Assembly (NCBI GenBank): GCA_045614485.1
Contig: JAZLCY010000005.1
Coordinates: forward strand, 1-39,250
From: Eubacteriales bacterium
GTDB taxonomy: Bacteria; Bacillota; Clostridia; Oscillospirales; CAG-272
Direction of reading: 5' to 3'
DNA: 39,250 nt
Shown: piece by piece, positions 9,659-19,700 of the stretch
Layout: each line of letters begins with the position of its first letter
Position numbering within the stretch: the stretch's first letter is position 1
Position numbers and translations under genes: made by a program
The notes under the pieces: generated by a model
Databases searched by the model: none
Seen by the model: only the letters and a program-made list of their open reading frames with translations
What the model was told of the DNA's origin: nothing

Positions 9659-10132
9659 TTACTCCTTACCCTTTGCGGCGGTTTTCTTTCTCTTCTTATT
9701 GAGAAGCCTGATCTCCTCAGCAAACGCATCGAGATCGTTGAATTCCCTGTAAACAGACGCAAAACGTATGTATGAAACAATATCAAGCTCTCTTAAAATG
9801 TCAAGCACCTTCTCACCAAGGTCAGCACTGTTGATCTCGGTTACGAGCGCATTTTTAAGCTGCTGCTCGATCGAAAGAGCGATCTCCTCCGCATTATCAA
9901 GCCTTTTCTGGCAGGCACGGGTAATACCCACTGCGAGCTTGTGTCTATCAAAAAATTCACGCCTGCCGTCTCTTTTGATAACGGTGATGGGCAAGGTATC
10001 AACAAACTCATACGTTGTGAACCTTCTGCCGCATGAGGGACACTCACGGCGGCGCTTTATGCTTGCGCCATCCTCCACAGGACGTGAATCAAGCACTCTT
10101 GAATCCGGATTATTACATACTGGGCACTTCAT
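9659..10132 (-). CDS. nrdR: transcriptional repressor NrdR
   Basis: 157 aa. Zinc ribbon MKCPVCN...CPSCGRRFTTYE followed by an ATP-cone. Confidence 0.93.
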   Translation of the reverse strand: MKCPVCNNPDSRVLDSRPVEDGASIKRRRECPSCGRRFTTYEFVDTLPITVIKRDGRREFFDRHKLAVGITRACQKRLDNAEEIALSIEQQLKNALVTEINSADLGEKVLDILRELDIVSYIRFASVYREFNDLDAFAEEIRLLNKKRKKTAAKGKE

Positions 10133-10254
10133 ACCTTTTATGTATCTCCTATACGCGTATAATAATTTAATAAATTATATCACAGAGTTTTAAAAAAGTA
10201 AATAGATATTTAAATTTTTCCGCATAAATATTTAAAATTAAAGGGAGCGGTGGT

Positions 10255-10291
10255 GAAAAAAGAGTGGGTGCGAAACGGCCGCGCCCACTCT
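10255..10291 (-). terminator. intrinsic terminator of the PAP2 gene
   Basis: 12-bp stem AGAGTGGGTGCG / CGCGCCCACTCT (10261-10272 / 10280-10291) with one G.U pair. A T-run follows on the minus strand (fwd A-run 10256-10260). Confidence 0.7.
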
Positions 10292-10308
10292 TTTGCATTT
10301 TGAGAACC

Positions 10309-11424
10309 TTAGCGGTATCTCTTCTTATTCTTTTTATTCTGCTTTTTCCAGCTCTTTTTCTTTGTGTTTTGCTTGCCGTAGTATCCGCGAACGCGAGGCT
10401 TTTCCTCGCCATTTCCTTCACCTTCTGCCGCCAACTTAGCACCCGTGTGATTTTTTCTAAAGATTTTAGCAAACCTTTCGCCAATCTCATCAAGAAATCC
10501 AACGTTAATTTTTGAAAGGTAGGGGAAGGTTATGGGCCATACAGCACCTGCAAATACAACAACGGTAAAGTAACGAACAAGCCTTGCGATGTAGGTGTTA
10601 AAGAAGGTCATCTCATTGAACAAAGCCTTAAGACCGAAAAGAAGACCTACGGTGATACCAAGACCAAGCACGTACTTAATAACCTGAACGTACCATTTAG
10701 CACGCGTTTCAAACTTTATGTACTTTTCGTCAAGATAATAAACGATAGTGATACCGACAATGCAGCCTGCCATAGTGAATGCATTGTTAAGGCCGGACCA
10801 GTAGTTGTCAAGGCCGCCTGCAAGATCAGCATGCACTTCCCTGTTTGCAAATACAAAATAGAGGAGGAACGCTATAGAAAGTATCATCGATGCCGAGATG
10901 AGATAAGGCATACATTTATGCATTCTATCGTCGTTTTTGAAGCACGGGTAGAGGGCAAACACCAAAACGGTGGCAAAAACTAAAGAGAAAATAACGTCGA
11001 TCGGCCTATGCACACCAAGGTAAAGACGAGAGAATGCAACCGCGAGAATGGTTACTATACTAAGCACGATAACAGGTATTTTCTTGCGCCAGCTTATTGC
11101 AACTGCGCCGAGAGTGCCGGTGATGTTCTGAGTGTGGCCCGAGGGGAAGGAATATCCGGTTGCCGCCTTTTTGGCATTGCCAACAACACTCAGCCCTTCT
11201 TCAAAGGGGCGCGGTACTCTGAACGTAAGCTTCAAAAACTGATTTACAACAGTGCCTATCATTCCGGTGAAGAGAATGTAATATCCCTGGCGCTTGTTGA
11301 TACACCAGAAAAAGAGAATAGCGATCGCAAGGAAGGCTATCTCATCACCGAGATAGGTTAGTGCGCCGAAAAAGTGATCGAAAAACGGCGTTCTTATTTT
11401 TTCAAGTGCAAAAAGAAATTTCAT
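10309..11424 (-). CDS. PAP2-family membrane phosphatase with Lys-rich C-terminal tail
   Basis: All three PAP2 motifs are present: KLTFRVPRP, SFPSGHT and SRLYLGVHRPIDV. Preferred start is MKFLF at 11424, preceded by AAGGAAAGG; the track start at 11460 would overlap the upstream gene by 20 nt. The tail ...KKKSWKKQNKKNKKRYR is strongly basic. Confidence 0.85.
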   Translation of the reverse strand: MKFLFALEKIRTPFFDHFFGALTYLGDEIAFLAIAILFFWCINKRQGYYILFTGMIGTVVNQFLKLTFRVPRPFEEGLSVVGNAKKAATGYSFPSGHTQNITGTLGAVAISWRKKIPVIVLSIVTILAVAFSRLYLGVHRPIDVIFSLVFATVLVFALYPCFKNDDRMHKCMPYLISASMILSIAFLLYFVFANREVHADLAGGLDNYWSGLNNAFTMAGCIVGITIVYYLDEKYIKFETRAKWYVQVIKYVLGLGITVGLLFGLKALFNEMTFFNTYIARLVRYFTVVVFAGAVWPITFPYLSKINVGFLDEIGERFAKIFRKNHTGAKLAAEGEGNGEEKPRVRGYYGKQNTKKKSWKKQNKKNKKRYR

Positions 11425-11440
11425 AAAAGACCTTTCCTTA

Positions 11441-12487
11441 TTATTTACAAATAAACTCAATAGGCATTGCCAGAATGGGCATTGTTACTATTGAAAGAAT
11501 GGTTGAGAGGGCTACGATCTTTGATACGTATGCCGCATCGCAATCATATTTTTCGGCAAACATTGTTGCGCTGGAAGCCGCGGGAGCCGCCGCCATAAGA
11601 ATAACTACCTTGAATATCTCCTTGGTTACAGGAACACCCGCCAGCTTAAGCCCCCATATAGCAAGAAGCACTATCGCAGGGAGCGCAAAGTGGCGAAGGA
11701 GAACGAAAAGGTACATATGCTTGTCCTTAAAGAAGCCGCGGAAGTTGATATCCGCAATTCTAAGACCGAGAACGAGCATTGAAAGAGGAGCTACAAGGTT
11801 AGATATACTCTCAAGCGGCTTATAAATTATATTGGTGTAGATTATATCCGCCCTTTCACCTCTCAGGTAATCGCCGTTAATATACTCGTGGATAGGAATA
11901 TACTTAGTGAGCAAGAAGCAACCGATACCAAGCACTGCCGCAATCGTTACGGGATGCAAAAGCGCCTTTTTTACCGAAGCCTCGCTCTTAAGAACGGTGC
12001 CGTCATCAAGCACGTTATTTGCCGTGCAGATATGCACACCGAGAGTCCAGAGGAACATATTGAACGTGATATTATAGATAGATGCATAGATCGTGTACTC
12101 TGCTCCAAGGACTGCGGTGATAAGGGGGATACCCATAAATGCCGCATTGGAGAATATGGTTGCGAAGCGAAGCATCCTGCGCCTATCCTCTGTTGTTTTA
12201 TTATAGAAGAGGAGAGCGAGAAGGAATATGCAGTGCGCAACGATAGATAAAACGAGCACTACAAGACAGTTTTTAAGCACCTCGGCATCAAAAGCCTTAA
12301 GGTATGCAAGAAATATCAGCGCAGGCTGAGCAATATACAAAACAAGATTGGATACGCCCTTGCCGAATCCATCCGAACAAAGCTTGCACTTTTTCAGAAG
12401 GATGCCGGGGATCATCATCAAAAACAGTATGCCGACGTTGATAACAATATTTAAAGCGACCTCAACAGACGCCTTGAATTCAGTCAT
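11441..12487 (-). CDS. AEC (auxin-efflux-carrier / malate-permease-like) family transporter
   Basis: Polytopic membrane protein of about 348 aa whose length and hydrophobic layout fit the AEC family. Preferred start is MTEFKA at 12487, behind AAGGAGA. Confidence 0.65.
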   Translation of the reverse strand: MTEFKASVEVALNIVINVGILFLMMIPGILLKKCKLCSDGFGKGVSNLVLYIAQPALIFLAYLKAFDAEVLKNCLVVLVLSIVAHCIFLLALLFYNKTTEDRRRMLRFATIFSNAAFMGIPLITAVLGAEYTIYASIYNITFNMFLWTLGVHICTANNVLDDGTVLKSEASVKKALLHPVTIAAVLGIGCFLLTKYIPIHEYINGDYLRGERADIIYTNIIYKPLESISNLVAPLSMLVLGLRIADINFRGFFKDKHMYLFVLLRHFALPAIVLLAIWGLKLAGVPVTKEIFKVVILMAAAPAASSATMFAEKYDCDAAYVSKIVALSTILSIVTMPILAMPIEFICK

Positions 12488-12543
12488 TTTATTCTCCTTG
12501 TAATTAAGATTGGGTTGCGGCGAGCGCAACCCAATAATAAATC

Positions 12544-13185
12544 TTACTCAGCAAGAACCTTCTTAACGGTTGCTGCGATCTTATCACACTTGCAGTTAGC
12601 ATAGAAGAGCTCAGCGAACTTTGCGCCGCCAAGAGCACCCTTAACAAGCTCACGGTCAAGGTTCTCAAGTATGTAGCACATATCAGTGTGAGTTACCTTC
12701 TTAACCTCGTCAAGAATCTTCTTGTTTCTCTGCTCGGGGATAGCTCTCTCACGGGGATAACCAAGGCCCCACTCGGAAACGAAGAGCTTCTCGAATACGT
12801 ACTGAAGATTGAGCTCACAGCCCCAACCCCAACCCTTTGCGAAGGGCATGGAGATCGCATTACCGTTGTTTACCTGAGTGAACTGGTACGCATCGGTAGG
12901 ATCAACAACGTGGCCGCAAAGCACACCGGGGAAAGAGTTACAAGCAAGCATAGCACCCTCACCTGTACCGCAACCGGTGATAACGAGGTCGCAAGCGCCG
13001 GAGTTAAGAAGGGTTGCCGCAAGGATACCGATCTGAACGTAGGTGAGCTGCTCCTTATCCTCAGCAGAGTACATACCGTAGTTGTGAACCTCGTGGCCGA
13101 GGGGCTCAACTACCTTCTTAAGAGTTTCGCAGATAAGAGCATTCTTTGCTGCCTGGCTGTTTTCATTTATAAGTGCAATTTTCAT
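12544..13185 (-). CDS. RpiB/LacA/LacB-family sugar-phosphate isomerase (long 213-aa form)
   Basis: MKIALINENSQ... with the GCGTGEG core typical of RpiB/LacAB, plus an extra C-terminal region. AAGGAGA SD. A GC-rich hairpin TTGGGTTGCG/CGCAACCCAA lies downstream at 12511-12535. Confidence 0.7.
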   Translation of the reverse strand: MKIALINENSQAAKNALICETLKKVVEPLGHEVHNYGMYSAEDKEQLTYVQIGILAATLLNSGACDLVITGCGTGEGAMLACNSFPGVLCGHVVDPTDAYQFTQVNNGNAISMPFAKGWGWGCELNLQYVFEKLFVSEWGLGYPRERAIPEQRNKKILDEVKKVTHTDMCYILENLDRELVKGALGGAKFAELFYANCKCDKIAATVKKVLAE

Positions 13186-13238
13186 AGCTTTAAATTCTCC
13201 TTTATGGTTGTATTATTATATTTTACGCGTGTTTTATC

Positions 13239-14525
13239 TTACGGAGTAAGTCTGTTAGGACCTCTGAAGAGGAACTGGACTTCCTTAATGGATATGCCAA
13301 GGAAGAGCATTGTAAGTCTATCAATACCGATACCGAAGCCGCCGTGAGGGGGGCATCCGTACTTGAAGAACTCAAGGTAGAACTTAACGTCCTCATCAAG
13401 ACCCTTCTCCTTAGCCTGAGCCATAAGCTGCTCATATCTGTGCTCGCGCTGAGCACCGGTGGTGATCTCCACACCGCGCCAGATAAGGTCGTATCCACAG
13501 GGAACGCCGTTCTCATCTCTCATATGGTAGAAGGCTCTTTCCTTTGCATCGTAATCGGTGATGAAGAGGAATTCGTGGCCGTACATATCGCTCGCAAGCT
13601 GCTTGCACATACGCTCTGCCTCTGTGGTAAGGTCGCCCTTAAGCTCATCGGGAACAGTGTAGCCGTATCTTGCCTCAAGCTCAGCATATACGTCCTTAAG
13701 CTTCATTCTGGGGAAAGGAAGTGAGGGAACGATAACTTCAAGGCCAAAGAGCTCCTTGATCTTCTCTCCGTGAGCCTCGCTAACCTTTGCCAAGGTGTAT
13801 GCAAGGAGCTCCTCTTCCATCTTCATAACGTCGTCGTAGCTATCAATGTACGAGAACTCAAGATCGAAGCCGGTGAACTCGGTTGCGTGCTTATTGGTGT
13901 AAGACTTCTCTGCTCTGAAAACAGTGCCTGTCTCAAATATACGCTCAAGACCTGCAGCCATAGCCATCTGCTTATAGAACTGAGGGGACTGAGCAAGATA
14001 TGCGGTGGTATCAAAATACTTTACCGCAAAAACGTCTGATCCGGATTCACTTGCCGCGCCGATAAGCTTGGGAGTGTGGATCTCAACGAAATTGCGCTCA
14101 ACGAGAAATTCTCTCATTGCGGCGGTAAGTGTTGTCTGAAGCTGGAGCATAAGGTGATTCTGCTCTCTTCTGAGGTCGATCCAACGGTAATCCATCTTAA
14201 GATCGATCTCGGAGTCATCCTTGATAGGCATAGGATCTGCAATCGACTCGATCTTCATAGAGGTGGGAAGCATTTCGATACCGCCCATCTTAACGTACTC
14301 GTTTGCAACAACCTCGCCCTCGAAGGTAACTACGGACTGCACGGTGAGGCTATCAAGCATTTCAAGCATCTCGGGATGCTCGTCCTTAACTATTGTAACC
14401 TGAATCTTTCCTGTGATGTCCTTAACTACGATGAAAGCCATCGTTCTCTTGTTACGGAAGTTCTCCACAAAGCCGCTGATACGTCTTACGCCGGGAGTAA
14501 TATCCTTTATATAGGTTCTTTCCAT
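13239..14525 (-). CDS. aspS: aspartate--tRNA ligase, archaeal/type-2 (short) form
   Basis: 428 aa. N-terminal OB-fold anticodon-binding domain and class IIb motifs FRAEKSYTNKHATEF and GGFGIGIDRL. The C-terminus ends ...RGPNRLTP, as in type-2 AspRS rather than AsnRS. Confidence 0.8.
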   Translation of the reverse strand: MERTYIKDITPGVRRISGFVENFRNKRTMAFIVVKDITGKIQVTIVKDEHPEMLEMLDSLTVQSVVTFEGEVVANEYVKMGGIEMLPTSMKIESIADPMPIKDDSEIDLKMDYRWIDLRREQNHLMLQLQTTLTAAMREFLVERNFVEIHTPKLIGAASESGSDVFAVKYFDTTAYLAQSPQFYKQMAMAAGLERIFETGTVFRAEKSYTNKHATEFTGFDLEFSYIDSYDDVMKMEEELLAYTLAKVSEAHGEKIKELFGLEVIVPSLPFPRMKLKDVYAELEARYGYTVPDELKGDLTTEAERMCKQLASDMYGHEFLFITDYDAKERAFYHMRDENGVPCGYDLIWRGVEITTGAQREHRYEQLMAQAKEKGLDEDVKFYLEFFKYGCPPHGGFGIGIDRLTMLFLGISIKEVQFLFRGPNRLTP

Positions 14526-14598
14526 ATTTGGTGCACCTTTCTAAAATATTTATCTTAGCTATTATATTATATAAGTTCGAAAAAGTCAAGTATTCAGA

Positions 14599-15390
14599 TC
14601 AAACCGTTTTAAAGAATTTTACGGCATAGTCTACCCAACCTTCAACAAGCTCGCTTACCCACCTGGGATTTCCGCATTCCGTAACCTTATTTGCAAGCGC
14701 CATACCGTGAGGCCCTTTGGGATAGATATGCGCTGTTACCGTAACACCGTTTTTAACGTAGCTTTCAAGAAGCTTAAGCGTGCCCGCGATGGGAACGATC
14801 TCATCATCTACGGTGTGCCAGATAAATGCGGGGGGAGTTTTCGGGCTGACACGCATATCGATAGAAAACCTTGCCTTCTCTTCCTCTGTCATCTCAGCTG
14901 TGTTCTTGCCGGTGAGGTTATAGAACGAACCGCCGTGGGTGGGGTGATATGCCGATACAACGGGATAGCAATAAACCGTGCCTGCAGGACGGGCGGAGTT
15001 CTCGGGAATGCCGAGCATCTGCTCTGCCTCCCTATGCATAACCGAGATAGAGCCTGCAAGATGGCCGCCTGCCGAAAAGCCGAGGACAAATATTCTTTCG
15101 GGGTCTACCGAAAGCTCATCAGAGTTATCCTTTATGTACTTCATAGCCTGTGCCACTTCGTTAAGATGGCTTGGAAATCTTACGTTTTCCCCGGTAGTGT
15201 AAGTAAGAACGAAGGCATTTACACCTCGCTCAAGAAACGCCTTTGCGATAGGATAACCCTCACGATCCTCGCATACGTTGTAATATCCTCCGCCCGGAAG
15301 TATCAGAATTCCGTCACGCAATTTTTCCGTTTTTTCGACGTATATATCGAGAAACGCGCCTTTATCCGAAATGTTGACCCTGTTTTGCAT
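14599..15390 (-). CDS. alpha/beta-hydrolase, Aes-type esterase/lipase
   Basis: Oxyanion-hole-type LPGGGY and the nucleophile elbow GFSAGGH. Preferred start is MQNRVN at 15390, behind AGGAGA. Confidence 0.75.
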   Translation of the reverse strand: MQNRVNISDKGAFLDIYVEKTEKLRDGILILPGGGYYNVCEDREGYPIAKAFLERGVNAFVLTYTTGENVRFPSHLNEVAQAMKYIKDNSDELSVDPERIFVLGFSAGGHLAGSISVMHREAEQMLGIPENSARPAGTVYCYPVVSAYHPTHGGSFYNLTGKNTAEMTEEEKARFSIDMRVSPKTPPAFIWHTVDDEIVPIAGTLKLLESYVKNGVTVTAHIYPKGPHGMALANKVTECGNPRWVSELVEGWVDYAVKFFKTV

Positions 15391-15441
15391 TCTTTTTCTC
15401 CTGAATATCAATATTGGATATATTATACACCAAAAAAGATA

Positions 15442-15470
15442 AAAAAGCAATATGAAATATTGCTTTTTTA
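15442..15470. terminator. hairpin terminator after the 77-aa ORF
   Basis: AAAAAAGCAATAT gaa ATATTGCTTTTTT is a perfect AT-rich stem flanked by A/T runs on both sides. Confidence 0.6.
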
Positions 15471-15480
15471 TGCGGTAATA

Positions 15481-15714
15481 TTATATATCGTCCCTGCCGA
15501 TATAGAGATCCCTGCGCTCCTCGGGGGTGAGCGAATCGATATCAACGCCGTTCTTCATAGCCGTCCAGGCTCTGTTGGGAACGGGAGGATTAAATGCAGG
15601 AAGTTCTATGCCGGGGGTGTTTATTCCGGGGATCGAGTTGCTCCCGCCTCGGTTTCTTCCCTTAGGGTCTTTTTTCTCCATTTCGGATGAAGTTTGCTTT
15701 TTACTTTCCTTCAT
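15481..15714 (-). CDS. small hypothetical protein (77 aa)
   Basis: AAAGGAGAG SD 5 nt upstream of the ATG, its own terminator hairpin, and GC content like the neighbours. Charged, Pro/Gly-rich N-terminal half and the C-terminal motif DSLTPEERRDLY. No family recognised. Confidence 0.45.
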   Translation of the reverse strand: MKESKKQTSSEMEKKDPKGRNRGGSNSIPGINTPGIELPAFNPPVPNRAWTAMKNGVDIDSLTPEERRDLYIGRDDI

Positions 15715-15799
15715 AAAAGCTCTCCTTTGTTTTTCTGATGCAAAGATACTGCACCTGTGGATGTATTTTTTCCCGATTTAAAATTTGTATGCAGAACGG

Positions 15800-15828
15800 T
15801 TGAAAAAGAGAAAAAGATGTGGTAGAAT
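15800..15828 (+). promoter_or_regulatory. candidate sigma-A promoter of the radical-SAM gene
   Basis: TTGAAA (15800-15805), a 17-nt spacer, then TAGAAT (15823-15828), with TG in extended -10 position. Confidence 0.5.
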
Positions 15829-15849
15829 TTTAAAAAAGGAGGGCAAGAG

Positions 15850-16740
15850 ATGCTTTACTACAACTTAAGCACGTATCTTAGAGAAAAATACGGCAAAAGA
15901 ATGAAAAAAATATGCATTGACGGTGGCTTTTCCTGCCCCAACAGAGATGGAAAATGCGGCACGGGTGGCTGCATTTACTGCGGCGAGAGAGGCGCGGGCG
16001 AGCATATTGACAGCGCACCGACAATTACCGAGCAGGTGAGATCCGCACTTAACGGAGCTAAGGACGACGACGGATTTATTGCATATTTTCAGAATTTTAC
16101 AAACACATACGCGCCAACTGAAGTGCTTAAAAAAAGATATGACGAGGCGCTTTTCGACCACAGGATAAAGATACTTGCCATTGGAACAAGACCCGACTGC
16201 ATAGACGAAAAAATCTGTGACCTTATTGCCGAATATACAAAGGACTGCGAGGTTTGGGTTGAGCTTGGATTACAGACCGCATCCGACAAAACGGCAGAAA
16301 TTATCAACAGAGGATACAAGACCGAGGTTTTTGAAAAAGCCTGCAAAATGCTTACGGATCGCGGAATAAGGGTTGTTGTGCATATGATAATCGGTTTACC
16401 CGGCGAGGATATGGACGATTACAAAAAGACGGCAGATTATATAGCAAGCCACCATCCATTCGGAGTGAAAATACACTCAATATACGTTATGGAAGGCACA
16501 GAACTTGCCAATTTGTACTATCAAAAACGTTACACGCCCCCCACACTTGATGAATACAAGGCTGCGGCGGCATATTCGATAGCAAGAATGCCGGCTGACA
16601 CCGTTATACACAGAATAACAGGCGACTGCCCACGCGATATGCTTATAGCACCCGATTGGAACAAGGATAAAAACGAGATAATCGGCGCTGTTACAGCTGA
16701 GATGACAAGACGTGGATTCAAGCAAGGATCACTGAACTAA
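15850..16740 (+). CDS. TIGR01212-family radical SAM protein
   Basis: 296 aa. CPNRDGKCGTGGCIYCG cluster near the N-terminus and the overall length and pattern of the TIGR01212 family. AAGGAGGG SD. Confidence 0.8.
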   Translation: MLYYNLSTYLREKYGKRMKKICIDGGFSCPNRDGKCGTGGCIYCGERGAGEHIDSAPTITEQVRSALNGAKDDDGFIAYFQNFTNTYAPTEVLKKRYDEALFDHRIKILAIGTRPDCIDEKICDLIAEYTKDCEVWVELGLQTASDKTAEIINRGYKTEVFEKACKMLTDRGIRVVVHMIIGLPGEDMDDYKKTADYIASHHPFGVKIHSIYVMEGTELANLYYQKRYTPPTLDEYKAAAAYSIARMPADTVIHRITGDCPRDMLIAPDWNKDKNEIIGAVTAEMTRRGFKQGSLN

Positions 16741-16752
16741 AGATAAAGAGAA

Positions 16753-16787
16753 GGAAGGGATGCAGATGCATCCCTTCCCTGTTTTTT
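16753..16787. terminator. bidirectional terminator between the convergent radical-SAM and purL genes
   Basis: 12-bp perfect stem GGAAGGGATGCA / TGCATCCCTTCC (16753-16764 / 16767-16778) followed by TTTTTT. Confidence 0.75.
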
Positions 16788-19700
16788 ACTTATAGTATTT
16801 AACGAGCGATTTGAACATCTTGATGTCGTATTCGCCGTAAACGTTTTTGTATAGACCTTTTCCGATACGCTCGGAGTGACCCATCTTACCGAACACTCTA
16901 CCGTCACGCGAGGTAATACCCTCTACCGCCAGAGTTGAGCCATTGGGGTTGAACTCAATATCATAGGTTGCATTGCCCGAAAGATCAACGTACTGAGTTG
17001 CGATCTGACCGTTATCGATAAGCTCCTTAAGAACCTCGGGGTTAGCGATAAACTTACCCTCGCCGTGAGAGATCGGAACGTTGAATATATCGCCCACGTT
17101 ACACTCCGAGAGCCAGGGGGACATATTGGATGCGATCCTTGTTCTTACGATCTTGGACTGATGGCGACTGATGTCGTTAAACGTCAGGGTGGGACAGTTT
17201 TCATCAGTGTCTATGATTTTGCCGTAAGGCAACAGACCAAGCTTGATAAGAGCCTGGAAGCCGTTACAGATACCGCACATCATACCGTCGCGGTTATCAA
17301 GAAGGTCGGCAACCGCCTCGCGCACGTCTGCACCGCGGAAGAATGCGGTGATAAACTTACCCGAACCGTCCGGCTCATCTCCGCCTGAAAATCCACCGGG
17401 AACGAATATAGCCTGCGCGGTTTTGATCTTTTTCGTAAACTGCTCGGACGAGCGTTTAATACCGTCAGCAGTAAGGTTATTGATAACAAATATCTCTGCC
17501 TCTGCACCGCCCTCACGAACTGCCTTTGCAGAATCGTACTCACAGTTTGTGCCGGGGAATACGGGAATGAGCACACGGGGTTTCTGACACTTGATAGCGG
17601 CAGAACGGTGTTCTTTTGCAATATAGGAAATCGTCTTTACTTCCTTATCCTTATTACCGGCTGAAGTGGGATAAATTGACTCAAGCTTGCCTTCATATGC
17701 TGAAATTACACGACCCGTGTCAACTTTTTTGCCACAATAGGTGTACTCTGCCTTATCAGTTACGTAACCTACGGTAACACCGCCATCGAAGTTTTTATCA
17801 ACTTCGAGAACAAATGCGCCATAGTTATAGCCGAACATATCACCAAGAGAAATATCGGCAAAATCGAAGCCAAAGCCATTACCCATACTCATCTTAAGAA
17901 CTGCCTCTACGATACCGCCATAGGTTACGGTATATGCAGACTTTACTTTGCCACAGCGCATAAGTGCGGTTACGTTATTGTAAAGTGCGATAAGAGAATC
18001 CGCCTTGGGAAGACCATTCTTATCATACTCGGGCGCAAGAAGGACAACCTTATTGCCTGCGGCCTTGAATTCGTTGGTAACTACCTCGCCCTCCTTACCT
18101 GTGGTTACAGCAAAGGAAATAAGCGTGGGGGGAACGTCGATATTCTCGAAAGTACCGGACATAGAGTCCTTACCGCCGATTGCAGCGATACCGAGATCCA
18201 TCTGAGCCTTGAATGCACCGAGAAGCGCGGAGAGAGGCTTGCCCCATCTCTTAGGATCCTTCATAGGCTTCTCAAAATATTCCTGGAAGGTAAGATAAAC
18301 GTCGTTAAAATCAGCACCTGTTGCAATAAGCTTGGAAACCGACTCTACTACGGCACAGTATGCACCGTGATAGGGGCTTGCGGAAGAGAGATCGGGGTTA
18401 TATCCCCAGGACATATACGAAACGTCGTCAGTATGCGCCTTCTCCATAGAGATCTTATGCACCATAGCCTGAATGGGAGTGCGCTGATGCTTACCGCCGA
18501 AGGGCATAAGCACTGTGCCACGGCCGATCGTTGAATCAAATCGCTCGGAAAGACCGCGCTTGGAACAGGTGTTGAGTCCGCTTGCAACACCCATAATTCC
18601 ACACTCAAAGCAAGCAGGAATCTCTTTTTCTATCTTCTTGACCGATGCCGCCTCGATCTCTATATGCTTTTCCGCACCGTTGGAGTTAAGGAACTCGCGG
18701 CTGATATCACATATAGCCTTGCCGTTCCAATACATTGTGAGGCGAGCATCCTCTTTTACGGTTGCAACAACGGTTGCCTCGAGGTTCTCCTCCTCAGCAA
18801 GAGCGAGGAATGCATCCTTCATTTCGGGCTCGATCACAACAGCCATTCTCTCCTGCGATTCGGAAATAGCAAGCTCTGTGCCGTCAAGTCCCTCATACTT
18901 TTTGGGAACTGCGTTAAGATCAATATCAAGACCGTCAGCAAGCTCGCCTATCGCAACCGACACGCCGCCTGCACCGAAGTCGTTACATCTCTTTATCATT
19001 TTGGATGCCACAGGGTTACGGAAGAGGCGCTGAAGCTTTCTTTCCTCGGGCGCGTTACCCTTCTGTACCTCCGCACCGCAGCTTTCAAGCGACTGAAGGT
19101 TATGGGACTTTGAAGAACCTGTTGCACCGCCACATCCGTCGCGTCCGGTTCTGCCACCAAGGAGAACTACTATATCACCGGGAGCGGGGCGCTCACGCCT
19201 TACGTTCTCAGCAGGAGCTGCCGCAATAACAGCGCCAACCTCCATATGCTTTGCGGCATATCCGTCATGATAGATCTCATCAACGATACCGGTTGCAAGA
19301 CCGATCTGGTTACCGTATGAAGAATAACCTGCCGCCGCCGTGGTTACTATCTTGCGCTGAGGAAGCTTGCCCTTAAGGGTATCCTCAAGCGGACGGGTGG
19401 GGTCTGCCGCGCCTGTCAAACGCATAGCTCCGTAAACGTAGGATCTGCCCGAAAGGGGATCACGGATAGCACCGCCGATACAGGTTGCCGCGCCGCCGAA
19501 GGGCTCGATCTCGGTGGGGTGATTATGCGTTTCATTCTTGAAGAGGAGAAGCCAGGGTTCTTTCTTACCGTCTGCCTCAACCTCGATCTTAACTGTACAA
19601 GCGTGGATCTCCTCAGACTCATCAAGCTTATCAAGCTTGCCGGCCTTACGAAGACATTTTGCCGCTATAGTGCCGATATCCATAAGGTTTATCGGCTTCT

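Noticed and set aside
10167-10502. 111-aa minus-strand ORF spanning the nrdR-PAP2 intergenic region
   Set aside because: It overlaps the 3' end of the PAP2 gene in another frame, runs through that gene's terminator hairpin and has no SD. It is a Lys/Arg-rich artefact of the same A-rich DNA that encodes the PAP2 basic tail.
14526-14598. T-box leader upstream of aspS
   Set aside because: The intergenic space is only 73 nt, far too short for a T-box. No specifier or antiterminator elements are seen.
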